Source: an uncultured Spirochaetota bacterium
GTDB taxonomy: Bacteria; Spirochaetota; Spirochaetia; SZUA-6; Fen-1364
Direction: 5' to 3'
DNA length: 64,000 bases
NCBI GenBank assembly: GCA_963753085.1
Contig: CAVWBF010000027.1
Coordinates: 10,382-74,381 of the forward strand
Part shown: positions 35,138-44,487 of the stretch, piece after piece
Position numbering within the stretch: position 1 is the stretch's first letter
How the letters are laid out: each line of letters opens with the position of its first letter
Translations under genes and position numbers: made by a program
Notes under the pieces: model-generated
What the model saw: only the letters and a program-made list of their open reading frames with translations
Databases searched by the model: none
What the model was told of the DNA's origin: nothing

Positions 35138-37238
35138 GGCAGTACGCTCGGCAGAGGACCTGGCGGATCCGTCCCTTTTCATTGACCGGGAGCTCAGTCT
35201 CCTGGACTTTTTTCGGCGCGTGCTGGAGGAGGCAGAAGACCCGTCAAACCCCCTCCTGGAACGCGTGAGGTTCCTTTCCATAGTCAGCTCCAACCTGGCG
35301 GAGTTCTTCATGGTCCGGGTCTCGGGTCTGAAACAGCAGATCGAGGCCGGCGTGAGCGAGCACTCCGCCTCGGGGCTTTCTCCGTCGGCCCAGCTTCAAG
35401 CGGTGCGCAAGGCGTCCCAGGATCTCATGCTGCAGGCACGCGCCTGCCTGCGGGAACTCCTCCCGCTCCTGGACAGCGTCGGGATTCACATTCTCGGCTA
35501 CGAGGGCCTTTCCGATGCCCAGCGAGCCTCCGTCGACTATTACTTCCGGGAGGTAGTCTTTCCCGTCCTTACGCCGCTGGCTGTGGATCCGGGCCGCCCC
35601 TTTCCTCATATCTCCAACATGAGCCTGAACTTCGCCCTCGTCGTCAGTGATCCCGGAGGACAGGAGCGATTCGCCAGGGTCAAGCTGCCGGGCACGCTCC
35701 CGCGGCTCGTGGAGGTTCGCGCCCCGGACGGTGAGAAAGGCCAGTCCGATCAGAACCAGTCCGTCACCTTTGTCTGGCTGGACCAGGTTGTCACGGCCAA
35801 CCTGGGCACCCTCTTCCCCGGCCTCAAGGTGGGTCAATCGTATCCATTCAGGGTAACGCGGGATGCCGAGGTTTCCATCCAGGAGCTGGAGGCGGAAGAC
35901 CTCCTGGAGACCATCGAGCGGGGCGTACGGCAGCGGCGCTTCGGAAAGGTCGTGCGGGTCACCGTGGACCCCCGGATGCCGGATGCAATTCGCGACATAC
36001 TGGTTGAGAACCTGGAGGTGGACCCGAGGGACATCTACACCCTGGAGCCTCCCCTTGGGATGAGCGACATCGCGCAGCTGCACGACCTTGACCGGCCCGA
36101 CCTCAAATACCCGCCCTTCCTTCCAGCACTTCCTCCCGCGCTGCGGGACCTGGAAGGAAGCATCTTCGCAGCCATCCGCAGGGACGATATCCTCCTGCAC
36201 CATCCCTACGATTCCTTCACCCCCGTGGTGGATTTTCTCAACACCGCCGCCAGCGACCCTTCGGTTCTTGCCATCAAGCAGACCCTCTACCGGGTGGGCC
36301 GCAACTCTCCGGTCGTGGAAGCGCTCCTGGAGGCTGCGCGCAACGGGAAGCAGGTTGCCGTGCTCGTGGAGCTGAAGGCCCGCTTCGACGAGGAGAGTAA
36401 CATCGAATGGGCCCGCGCCCTGGAGCGCGAGGGCGTCCACGTCGTGTATGGCCTCCTGGGCCTGAAAACGCACTCCAAGATCGCCCTTGTCGTGCGCCAG
36501 GAAGGGGACCGCATCCGCCGCTACGTCCACCTCTCCACGGGAAACTACAACGCGGTCACCGCGCAGCAATACACAGACCTCGGGCTTTTCACGTGCGACG
36601 ACGCCATCGGGGCCGACACCTCGGATGTCTTCAACTACCTTACCGGCTACAGCGACAAAAGCGACTACCGGCGGTTCCTCGTGGCCCCCATCAACCTGCG
36701 CCGGGGACTGGAGGCCTTGATCCGCCGTGAGATGGCCCACACAGCCGGCGGAGGGGAAGGGCACGTGATCTTCAAAATCAACGCCCTGGTGGACAAGCCG
36801 ATGATCCAGCTCCTCTACGAAGCATCCCAGGCGGGCGTCAAAATCGACCTGGTGGTGCGCAGCATGTGCTGCCTGCGACCGGGCATCCCGGGGGTGAGTG
36901 AGACCATCTCCGTGCGGAGCATCGTCGGCAGGTTCCTCGAGCACAGCAGGATCTTCTGGTTTCGAAACGGCGGACGTGAGGAAGTCTACCTGGGAAGCGC
37001 CGACCTGATGATGCGAAACCTCGACAGGCGCGTGGAGATTCTTTTCCCGGTGGCAAGCCAGCGACTCGTCCGCTACCTTCACGACGAGGTGCTTGCCACA
37101 TGCCTTGCGGACAACGGCAAGGCGCGAGTGATGAAGAAGGATGGCAGCTACGAGCGGCCCCGGCGCGACGACGGGAGGGAGATCATCGACTCGCAGGCGC
37201 AGCTCATCAAGCGGCGGGGGAGCCAGGGGGGCGGGTGA
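35130..37238 (+). CDS. ppk1: Polyphosphate kinase 1
   Basis: FIDRELSLLDFFRRVLEEAEDPSNPLLERVRFLSIVSSNLAEFFMVR N-terminus, and the HSKIALV PLD-like catalytic His region. GTG 35130 overlaps the ppx end by 8 nt. Confidence 0.9.
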   Translation: MPEAVRSAEDLADPSLFIDRELSLLDFFRRVLEEAEDPSNPLLERVRFLSIVSSNLAEFFMVRVSGLKQQIEAGVSEHSASGLSPSAQLQAVRKASQDLMLQARACLRELLPLLDSVGIHILGYEGLSDAQRASVDYYFREVVFPVLTPLAVDPGRPFPHISNMSLNFALVVSDPGGQERFARVKLPGTLPRLVEVRAPDGEKGQSDQNQSVTFVWLDQVVTANLGTLFPGLKVGQSYPFRVTRDAEVSIQELEAEDLLETIERGVRQRRFGKVVRVTVDPRMPDAIRDILVENLEVDPRDIYTLEPPLGMSDIAQLHDLDRPDLKYPPFLPALPPALRDLEGSIFAAIRRDDILLHHPYDSFTPVVDFLNTAASDPSVLAIKQTLYRVGRNSPVVEALLEAARNGKQVAVLVELKARFDEESNIEWARALEREGVHVVYGLLGLKTHSKIALVVRQEGDRIRRYVHLSTGNYNAVTAQQYTDLGLFTCDDAIGADTSDVFNYLTGYSDKSDYRRFLVAPINLRRGLEALIRREMAHTAGGGEGHVIFKINALVDKPMIQLLYEASQAGVKIDLVVRSMCCLRPGIPGVSETISVRSIVGRFLEHSRIFWFRNGGREEVYLGSADLMMRNLDRRVEILFPVASQRLVRYLHDEVLATCLADNGKARVMKKDGSYERPRRDDGREIIDSQAQLIKRRGSQGGG

Positions 37239-37717
37239 TGGACCTTTTCTTCTTACGCCACGGAGAAGCGCAAAGCAGGGAGGAGTGGAAAGGCGATGAC
37301 GGGGAACGCCCGCTATCCGAGGAGGGCGTTGCCCGGATGCGCCGGGAGGGAAAGACGCTCGCCGGGCTCTCTCTCGGTGTCTCCCTGGTCCTGACCAGCC
37401 CGCTGGTACGGGCATTCGCGACAGCAGAGATTGCCGCGACCGCGCTGGGCCTCCGTGATTCGCTCTTTACAGACGCACGCCTTTCCCCCGGCTTCAACGT
37501 GATGTTGCTGCGGGAGATCCTTGCCGAACACGCCGAGGTGGGTGCACTGCTCATCGTGGGGCACGAACCTGATTTCAGCGAGACCATCGAGGCGTGCATT
37601 GGCGGAGGACGGGTGGAGTGCAAAAAGGGCGGCCTTGCGAGGCTTGTCATCACCGATCCCCTGCGTCCCCGCGGCTCGCTCCTGTGGCTTCTTCCCCCCC
37701 GTGTCCTTGCCCCATGA
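37238..37717 (+). CDS. sixA: Phosphohistidine phosphatase SixA-like (histidine phosphatase superfamily)
   Basis: LRHGEA motif and a downstream GHEP motif. The ATG shares one base with the ppk1 TGA. Confidence 0.8.
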   Translation: MDLFFLRHGEAQSREEWKGDDGERPLSEEGVARMRREGKTLAGLSLGVSLVLTSPLVRAFATAEIAATALGLRDSLFTDARLSPGFNVMLLREILAEHAEVGALLIVGHEPDFSETIEACIGGGRVECKKGGLARLVITDPLRPRGSLLWLLPPRVLAP

Positions 37718-39897
37718 GCACGGAGACGGAGGCAAAGCTCCTCGTCGCCGACCTCGTTTCCTTCAACCGGGCGAAAGCCCTGCGCGCCCTCGGAGAGTTC
37801 GCCCTCTCCGCGGGACAGGAGGTGGATGTCCATGATACGTATCAGGACACCCCCAGCCGAACCCTCCTGGCAGCTGGCTGGGCGCTGCGCACGAGAGAGC
37901 GCGCCGGTGAGATCCTTCTGACCTTGAAATCTCTTGCCCCCTTGTCGGGCGTCATCCACGAGCGGGAGGAGCTGGAGGTCACGTTGGACCGACCGGGTGA
38001 TCCCGGGGAGTGGCCCGACTCGGAGCTTCGGCGCGTAGTCCTTTCACTGGCAGGAAACCAGCCGTTAGAGCCCCTGTTCGAGGTTCAGCAGACGCGCCTC
38101 GTGCGGCGAGTTGCCTCAGGGGACCGGGTTGCCGCGGAGATGAGCCTGGATCAGGTCCGGGTGCTGGCTGGCGGGCGGGAGCGGGAGTACTGCGAGCTGG
38201 AAATCGAGCTCCTGGGCGACGGCACTCGTGACGATCTTTCCGCAATTTTGTCGGCGCTGGCCGAAGAGATGCCGCTTGTTCCTTCAGCGCGCTCAAAGTT
38301 CGAAGAGGGGCTGCTCCTGCTCGACGGGGCTGCGGCGGTGACCCGGCAACCCGGACGGCCAAAATCCATGCGGTCCCTTATCCCCGAGGCCGCGGGAAGG
38401 CCGCTGGAGCTGGAGGCTCCCGCGGGCGTCGAAGAGGAGACTGTCCTCACCGAGCTTCAACGCCTGGGATACCGCTCAAGGGTGCGCTCCCGAAGGGGGG
38501 AGACCCGCACATACTTCGACACCCAGGGTGGAAGCCTCCTCCGCCAGGGCTGCGAGCTGTACGTCACGGGAGCGGACTTGCGGTGGCACTTCCTGCGCGA
38601 CGGTCGCCAGGAGCATTCGCAGAAGGGTGGGCAGGGTGCGCCGCCGAAGATGGGGCCTGTGGGGCATTCCGTGGAAGGAGTCACGCGCAACCGTCCAGGC
38701 GTTCCCTATCTCGAGGCAGTCATGCGTGAGACTGCGCTCTCCCTGGCAAGCATGACGGCACCGGTGCTGGGCGTTACTCTCTCCAATTGGCGCCTTCGCT
38801 CGCTGCTGCACGAGCTGCCTGAGCAGACCGTTCTCACCCTGGCCGTGGACCGCGGCAGGGCATCGCCGTTCGAAAGAGACTACCTGGTCCAGCTTCTGAA
38901 GAGCGGGCTCGATCTCCGCCAGCTGGACGGAACGGTGCTCGGCTTCGGCCTTCGGCGGCTCGGGGCACCGCTTCCTGGCGCCCCCCTGCCCGGAGAATAC
39001 CTGCCGGCGCGCGGAGACGACGTGCCCACCGTATGCCGCAGGATCCTCGGGGGGGAAGCGTGGCGGATGAAAGCGAACGCCCCGGGAGCGATCAAGGATC
39101 TTGACTCCGAGTTTGTCCACGACCTCCGCGTTGCCACCCGCCGGGCGCGCTTTGCCTGCCGGCTCTTTCTTGCTGTCCTGGGTGAGCAAGGCCGCGACAG
39201 GGTACGAGCGGAGCTCTCCTGGATTGCCGGGCTCCTGGGCGGGGTCCGGGATCTGGACGTGCTGCGGGAACGGCTTGGCTCCCAGCTTGCCCTTACCGAT
39301 GCCGATCCACAGTTTATGAAAAACATGACAGACCTTCTGGATGCAAGGCGGGCACAGGCGAGGGCAGCCCTGGTCCCGGCGTTGGGCTCCCCGCGGTTTC
39401 ACGCTCTCCTTGAGCTGATGAGTTTGGCAGCGCCCGAGCCTTCCGGGCCGGCGGCGGCAGCAGCCGGTCAGCCGGCTTCAGAGCTTGGCCGGCGCAAGCT
39501 GACCCGGGCGCTGGCAAAGATGCTGCCCTGGACGAAACGCAACCCCGAAGAGCTTTCCGCGGCAGAGTTGCACAGGCTTCGCATTCTCTTCAAACGGCTC
39601 CGCTACACGGCAGAGTTTTTTCGCCCCGTCCTGGACGAGGATGTCACTCCGCTCGTGAAGGAGTGCGTGGCGTACCAGGACTGCCTTGGCCTGCACCAGG
39701 ACGCACGGGCGGCTGTGGAGATCATCACCGGGTTTGCCGAAGAGCCGGCCGTGCGCGGAGAGCCGGAAGCGCTCCTTGCCCTTGGCGCCCTTGTCCAGGT
39801 TCAGCGGGACCGGATGAAAACGCAGAGGGATCGGTTCCAGGTTCTCTGGAAATCCGCCCCGGCCCTTTTCAACACGTGGGAGCCGCAGGCGCCATGA
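37714..39897 (+). CDS. CYTH-domain plus CHAD-domain protein (polyphosphate-granule-associated type)
   Basis: N-terminal TETEAKLLV (CYTH ExExK) and a C-terminal CHAD-like helical region (VHDLRVATRRARFACRLF ... LHRLRILFKRLRYTAEFF). ATGA overlaps on both sides. Confidence 0.8.
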   Translation: MSTETEAKLLVADLVSFNRAKALRALGEFALSAGQEVDVHDTYQDTPSRTLLAAGWALRTRERAGEILLTLKSLAPLSGVIHEREELEVTLDRPGDPGEWPDSELRRVVLSLAGNQPLEPLFEVQQTRLVRRVASGDRVAAEMSLDQVRVLAGGREREYCELEIELLGDGTRDDLSAILSALAEEMPLVPSARSKFEEGLLLLDGAAAVTRQPGRPKSMRSLIPEAAGRPLELEAPAGVEEETVLTELQRLGYRSRVRSRRGETRTYFDTQGGSLLRQGCELYVTGADLRWHFLRDGRQEHSQKGGQGAPPKMGPVGHSVEGVTRNRPGVPYLEAVMRETALSLASMTAPVLGVTLSNWRLRSLLHELPEQTVLTLAVDRGRASPFERDYLVQLLKSGLDLRQLDGTVLGFGLRRLGAPLPGAPLPGEYLPARGDDVPTVCRRILGGEAWRMKANAPGAIKDLDSEFVHDLRVATRRARFACRLFLAVLGEQGRDRVRAELSWIAGLLGGVRDLDVLRERLGSQLALTDADPQFMKNMTDLLDARRAQARAALVPALGSPRFHALLELMSLAAPEPSGPAAAAAGQPASELGRRKLTRALAKMLPWTKRNPEELSAAELHRLRILFKRLRYTAEFFRPVLDEDVTPLVKECVAYQDCLGLHQDARAAVEIITGFAEEPAVRGEPEALLALGALVQVQRDRMKTQRDRFQVLWKSAPALFNTWEPQAP

Positions 39898-40646
39898 CAA
39901 CCGTTGCCGTGTACCACCTCAAAGGCGGCGTAGGAAAGACGACAACGGCCGTCAACCTGGCCTGCTGCGCGGCACTGGACGGCGAGCGAACGCTCCTCTG
40001 GGACCTCGATCCGCAGGGAGCCGCCGGCTTCTACCTTGGTGCCGCAGTGGGGGCCAGGAAGACCGGACGCCGCCTCATCGAAGGGAAGATTAGGGTCACC
40101 GACGTTGCCCGGGAATCGGCGTTCCCCGGGCTGGATGTGCTTCCCTCCCGCTTCTCCTATAGAAAGCTCGATGTCCGCCTTGCCGTTCAAAGGAAAGCAA
40201 GGAGCGCCATCAGGCGCGTCCTCAAGCCTCTGGAGAAGACTTACCAGTGGGTCTTTCTGGACTGCCCGCCGGGAGTTTCCCTGCTTGCGGAAAACGTCTT
40301 TCGCGCGGCGGACGTGATCCTCGTTCCACTCATTCCCACCCCCCTTTCCATCAGATCCTTCGAGGAGATCTCCGTCTTTCTTGCCCGCAGTCGCCTGGGC
40401 CGGTCCCGGCTCGTGCCTTTCTTCTCCATGGTGGAAGGCAGGAAGAAAATCCATCGGGAGACGATGAAGGTCTTCTCCGCCCGGGAGAAGACCGTCCTGT
40501 TGTCCATCATCCCCGCAATGTCTGACATTGAAAGAATGGGCGTGACACGAAGACCCGTGGCGTACTTTCGGCCGCGTTCGTCTGCCGGCAAATCGTACCG
40601 CGCGCTCTGGAGCGAGCTGAAAGGAAAGCTCGCCGGTCGGACATGA
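39894..40646 (+). CDS. ParA/MinD-family P-loop ATPase
   Basis: Deviant Walker A (KGGVGKTT) and DLDPQG; 250 aa. ATGA overlaps with both neighbouring genes. Confidence 0.85.
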   Translation: MTTVAVYHLKGGVGKTTTAVNLACCAALDGERTLLWDLDPQGAAGFYLGAAVGARKTGRRLIEGKIRVTDVARESAFPGLDVLPSRFSYRKLDVRLAVQRKARSAIRRVLKPLEKTYQWVFLDCPPGVSLLAENVFRAADVILVPLIPTPLSIRSFEEISVFLARSRLGRSRLVPFFSMVEGRKKIHRETMKVFSAREKTVLLSIIPAMSDIERMGVTRRPVAYFRPRSSAGKSYRALWSELKGKLAGRT

Positions 40647-41752
40647 CCCCGCAGCTTGTCGGCGCGGCCGCGAGCATCGAGGCAACGCTCCAGAAGCTCT
40701 TCGACTCCTCTCCGACTCTCCCCCTGACAACCTCGGAGCGGCTTGTCGTCATCAGCGATCTCCATCTGGGAGATGGCAGCTCGCGAGATGACTTCCTCCC
40801 CAACGGAGAGCTCCTGGAAGAGATCCTCCGCCGCTATTACCTGCCCAACGGCTATTCCCTTGTCCTCAACGGGGACATTGAGGAGCTGCAGCGCTTCCCC
40901 CTGGACGCCATCAGGTCCCGCTGGCACGGGCTGTACGAGCTCTTCCGCCAGTTCGTCGCGCGGGCCGCTGTCTACAGGATAGTCGGCAATCACGACGATG
41001 GCCTCTGGCACTCCGATGCGCGGATCGGGGACGAGCCTCTCCTGGCCTCCCTGCGGCTTTCCTTCGGATCGGAAACCATCTTCATCTTCCACGGCCATCA
41101 GGCCACGATCTTCTTCGAGCGGTTCAACGACGTCTCGGGCTTTTTCCTTCGCCATTTCGCCAACAGGCTCAACATCCGCAATCTTCCCGTGCACTACGAA
41201 AGCACGAGGAGATACAGGACTGAGCACCGGGTGTACGCATTCTCCAGCGCCCGAAAGATCGTCTCCGTGATCGGGCACACGCATCGTCCGCTCTTCGAGT
41301 CTCTTTCGAAGATCGATACGCTGCGCTTCCGCATTGAGCAGATGTGCCGCGATTACCCGTCGGTGTCTCCCCGTGCCCGGCGGACCATCGAGAAGGTGGT
41401 GGACATCTACAAGGGCGAGCTGAGCCACCTCTGGGAGAAATCCCGGCGGGACGGCATGCGAAGCAGCCTGTACAACGAGCAGCTCTCCGTTCCCTGCCTT
41501 TTCAACTCCGGCTGCGCCATCGGCAAACGAGGAGTGACTGCAATCGAAATAGCCCAGGGGGAGATCGCTCTCGTGCACTGGTTCGACAGGCGCAGAAGCG
41601 ACAAACACCTCACGAACGGCCACCGGGGCCTGGCCTCCTATCCCCACGACGGGGAGGCCACGAGGCGCCTGGGAGAGACAGAGTATTATCGGACGCTCCT
41701 GAAGAAGGACCGGCTGGATTACGTCTTCTCCCGGATCCGCCTCCTCGCCTAG
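40643..41752 (+). CDS. Calcineurin-like metallophosphoesterase
   Basis: VISDLHLGDG, LNGDIEE and GNHD motifs in the canonical order, then a later GHTH. Confidence 0.8.
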   Translation: MTPQLVGAAASIEATLQKLFDSSPTLPLTTSERLVVISDLHLGDGSSRDDFLPNGELLEEILRRYYLPNGYSLVLNGDIEELQRFPLDAIRSRWHGLYELFRQFVARAAVYRIVGNHDDGLWHSDARIGDEPLLASLRLSFGSETIFIFHGHQATIFFERFNDVSGFFLRHFANRLNIRNLPVHYESTRRYRTEHRVYAFSSARKIVSVIGHTHRPLFESLSKIDTLRFRIEQMCRDYPSVSPRARRTIEKVVDIYKGELSHLWEKSRRDGMRSSLYNEQLSVPCLFNSGCAIGKRGVTAIEIAQGEIALVHWFDRRRSDKHLTNGHRGLASYPHDGEATRRLGETEYYRTLLKKDRLDYVFSRIRLLA

Positions 41753-41759
41753 ATGGGAA

Positions 41760-41798
41760 TTAACCGCAAATTAAGGGAACGCAAAGAAAAACCTAACA
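41760..41798 (+). promoter_or_regulatory. Pho-box-like phased repeats upstream of the GHKL-like gene
   Basis: TTAACC (41760), TTAAGG (41771), CTAACA (41793), all on an 11-bp register. The unit at 41782 is degenerate. Confidence 0.45.
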
Positions 41799-41834
41799 CG
41801 GAAGCCTGATCCTGCCCCCGCGAGGAGGAAGCAG

Positions 41835-42530
41835 ATGCCGTCGACGAAGCGGGGTCTCTGGGAAAGCGTCTACTATGCCATCGTCCAGTCGAAGACGCTC
41901 ACCGTCTCCACGTGCGCCTATCTGCCCGGGGAGCGGATACACATCGACAAGATCCTCGGCGCATTCCTGGAGGCTGCTGGAATGATGGAGCTGCGGAACA
42001 ACCTCGCGTATTGCATCCACGAGCTCGCGGGGAACGCCAAGAAGGCGAATATGAAGCGCCTCTATTTCCAGGAAAAGACCCTCGACATCCTTGACCCCGT
42101 GGATTACGCGCGCGGCATGGAAGGGTTCAAGAGCGAAACGACGGAACAGATCGCCTACTATCTGAAGAAGTTGAAGGAGAACGGCCTGTACGTGAAGTTC
42201 CAGTTTCGCAAGCTGAAGCGGGGAGTGCGCATCAGCATCCGAAACAATTCCCAGCTCACTCCGTCCGAGCAGCGGCGAATCGGGGAAAAGCTGGCAATTG
42301 CCAGCCGGTACTCGTGCCTTGCGGAAGCCTATTCGACAACGGAGGACAGTGCCGAGGGGGCCGGGCTGGGAATCGTCATGATGCTCTTCATGCTGAAGAA
42401 CCTTGGATTTTCGCAGAGCTCGTTTTCCATCCGCGTGTCGGCAGGCGAAACCATCGCTACGTTGAGCCTCGAAGTTCCGGCCGCCGCCGCCTCGGAAATC
42501 GAGGAGCCGGCGCATACGGCGAGCGCGTGA
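41835..42530 (+). CDS. GHKL (histidine-kinase-like ATPase) fold protein, possible anti-sigma/partner-switching kinase with a degenerate G1 box
   Basis: N-box-like HELAGNAKKAN and G2-like EGAGLGIVMM. The usual DxGxG position reads IRNNSQL. Adjacent to PP2C and STAS genes. Confidence 0.5.
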   Translation: MPSTKRGLWESVYYAIVQSKTLTVSTCAYLPGERIHIDKILGAFLEAAGMMELRNNLAYCIHELAGNAKKANMKRLYFQEKTLDILDPVDYARGMEGFKSETTEQIAYYLKKLKENGLYVKFQFRKLKRGVRISIRNNSQLTPSEQRRIGEKLAIASRYSCLAEAYSTTEDSAEGAGLGIVMMLFMLKNLGFSQSSFSIRVSAGETIATLSLEVPAAAASEIEEPAHTASA

Positions 42531-42544
42531 GGTCCTGGCTCTCG

Positions 42545-43864
42545 TTATTGCCCTGCCCCATTTGAAGGCGCACCGTACTTCATGATCACGAAGGTTACAT
42601 CGTCGCGCTGGGGAGCCTCGCCGCGGAAGGACGAAAGGTCCGCAGCCAGCCTGCCGGACAGCTGCTGCGGCGCCAACCCACCATGCGTCTTCAGCAGCCC
42701 CCAGAGGCGCTGCTCCGTATAGTCGTGTCCGTTGCCATCCGTCTGATCGATCACCCCGTCCGTGAACAGGACCAGGAGGCTCCCGGGCTTCATGCGGTAC
42801 GTCCGCGTGACAGGATTGAGATCCGGCTGGACACCGAGGGGGGGATTGGCGGTTTCAGAGCCAAGCCGCATGAGCTTCGCGCCTTCCATCACCAGCATGT
42901 ACGAGTGGCCCATATCGCAGATGATCGCCTCCCCGGTATCCTCGTCGAACTCGATGATGATGCCGGTGACAAAGTACTCCAGGGAAAAGGTGTCGATGAT
43001 GTAGCGGTTGAGGGTTCGCGCGAAGCTCTTGACCGAGTTGGACTCCGTGTAGCCGTCGAAGAAACCCCCAAGCACCGCGGTAATCAGGGATGCCGCGATC
43101 CCCTTGCCTGAGACGTCGCAGATAGCGATGAGAAGCTTGCCGTCGTCGAGGCGCTTGAGAACGTAAAAGTCTCCCCCGACCTCCTTCGCCATGGCTGATG
43201 CGCCCAGAAGGAGCGTGCGCTTCCCCGAGAAAGAGAAAGTCTCCTTCACGATAGCGTTTTGCAGCCTGCGGGCCAGCGAGATGTCCCGAGCGGTGATGTT
43301 CGAAAGGTAGATGAGCAGATCCGTCGTGGAGAAGATGCCCGCAAAGCGGCCCGAGCCATCGACAAGCATGTAGTACAAGCTCGCTCCCTTGCTCAGCTCT
43401 TCGCTGAGGATGTCTGCGACGCTGAAGATGCTCATGTCGTCGCGGAAGATCCGAGGCGGGCTCATGACGGTGGGAGCGAGCTTCCGCTTGTACAGATCCC
43501 TTCCGTTCATTTTGCCGAGGTTGTCGAAAAGCTCCCGCCTCAACACAATCCCGACGGGCACCCCCTTCTGATCCACCACGCCGACGCCGAAGATGCCTGG
43601 ATTTTTCTCCATGCCCTCCGCCAGGTCGTAGACCGAGGCATCCTGGGAAATGAACATGCGGCTGGATGCGAGCTTGGCGATGACTTCTCCCGGCCTGCTG
43701 TTCGGCTCAACGATTCCAAGCACATTGGTTGAGGAGTCAGGCTCATCCGTGCCGAACCCCGACCGGCGCTCGGCCAGGGCCGGTAAGCCAAGGTCGACAA
43801 CGGTGAACTTGTCGAGGATCGTCTCAGAGACGGCTCTTCTTCCGCTTGGGTCTCCTGCATTCAT
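42545..43864 (-). CDS. PP2C-family (SpoIIE/RsbU-like) serine phosphatase with N-terminal CBS pair
   Basis: CBS-like segments (GVGVVDQKGVPVGIVLRRELF; YYMLVDGSGRFAGIFSTTDLL). PP2C motifs GDFYV, ICDVSGKG, FTDGV. ATG 43864 is preferred over GTG 43957, which sits inside the divergent Pho-box. Confidence 0.8.
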   Translation of the reverse strand: MNAGDPSGRRAVSETILDKFTVVDLGLPALAERRSGFGTDEPDSSTNVLGIVEPNSRPGEVIAKLASSRMFISQDASVYDLAEGMEKNPGIFGVGVVDQKGVPVGIVLRRELFDNLGKMNGRDLYKRKLAPTVMSPPRIFRDDMSIFSVADILSEELSKGASLYYMLVDGSGRFAGIFSTTDLLIYLSNITARDISLARRLQNAIVKETFSFSGKRTLLLGASAMAKEVGGDFYVLKRLDDGKLLIAICDVSGKGIAASLITAVLGGFFDGYTESNSVKSFARTLNRYIIDTFSLEYFVTGIIIEFDEDTGEAIICDMGHSYMLVMEGAKLMRLGSETANPPLGVQPDLNPVTRTYRMKPGSLLVLFTDGVIDQTDGNGHDYTEQRLWGLLKTHGGLAPQQLSGRLAADLSSFRGEAPQRDDVTFVIMKYGAPSNGAGQ

Positions 43865-43952
43865 AGGCTCAGAATAAAGGGCAGGTGTTAAGGAAGTACG
43901 AACGCCGCGTGAAGATTCCGTTAGACCTTTTCCGGCCCGGAATCCCGCTTCC

Positions 43953-43969
43953 TTCACATTCGCTTAACA
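43953..43969 (+). promoter_or_regulatory. Pho-box-like direct repeats upstream of the first STAS gene
   Basis: TTCACA (43953) N5 TTAACA (43964), followed 7 nt later by TATATC. Confidence 0.45.
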
Positions 43970-44006
43970 GTGACGGTATATCGAGGTTCACCGGGGAGGT
44001 TAGGGA

Positions 44007-44375
44007 ATGGACATTGCGGTCAGGAGATACCAGGAGACGCACATCATCGACCTGAAGGGAGACCTGGATCTCTACAGTGCGTTCCGCTTGAAGGACACGG
44101 TGCAGAAAATGCTCGCGATGGGCATTCGTGTATTCATTTTGAACCTGAAGGGTGTGCACTACGTCGATTCGAGCGGTATTGGCGCGCTTCTCTCCATAAA
44201 CCACCTCTTGGCAAAAGACGGCCGAAAGTTCCGCATCGCGGCCCTCACGCAGCCCGTGCAGAATCTTCTCGGCCTCACGAGGCTCACCGGGGTCTTCCCG
44301 ATCTCAAAGACAGTTCTGGAAGCGGTAGAAACGATCGATAGCGTTGCTGAGAGCCCGAAACAGGACCCCGCATGA
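44007..44375 (+). CDS. STAS-domain anti-sigma-factor antagonist
   Basis: IIDLKGDLDLYSAFRLKD...NLKGVHYVDSSGIGALL with the phosphorylatable-Ser context (DSSGIG). Confidence 0.85.
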   Translation: MDIAVRRYQETHIIDLKGDLDLYSAFRLKDTVQKMLAMGIRVFILNLKGVHYVDSSGIGALLSINHLLAKDGRKFRIAALTQPVQNLLGLTRLTGVFPISKTVLEAVETIDSVAESPKQDPA

Positions 44376-44411
44376 CCAGGTAAGCTCTCTCCTGCCCGAT
44401 TCCGTGCAATG

Positions 44412-44450
44412 TTCACACAAAAGTCGACAATATTTCATGCAGAGTTAACA
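44412..44450 (+). promoter_or_regulatory. Pho-box-like phased repeats upstream of the second STAS gene
   Basis: TTCACA (44412) and TTAACA (44445) are exactly 33 bp apart, with weaker units at 44423 and 44434. Confidence 0.4.
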
Positions 44451-44487
44451 GGAAGGCGCGAAGAATGGCGTACGCTCAATCGGGAGG

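Noticed and set aside
35244-37415. 723-aa minus-strand ORF
   Set aside because: Antisense to ppk1 and sixA, which carry unambiguous family motifs. No recognisable domain and a low-complexity composition.
38476-41647. Minus-strand ORFs 38476-39402 and 40241-41647. The same reasoning applies to 51157-52467, 18974-19969 (+), 10696-11934 (+), 7650-8453 (+) and 23318-24397 (-).
   Set aside because: All are antisense to ORFs with strong family signatures and show no motifs of their own.
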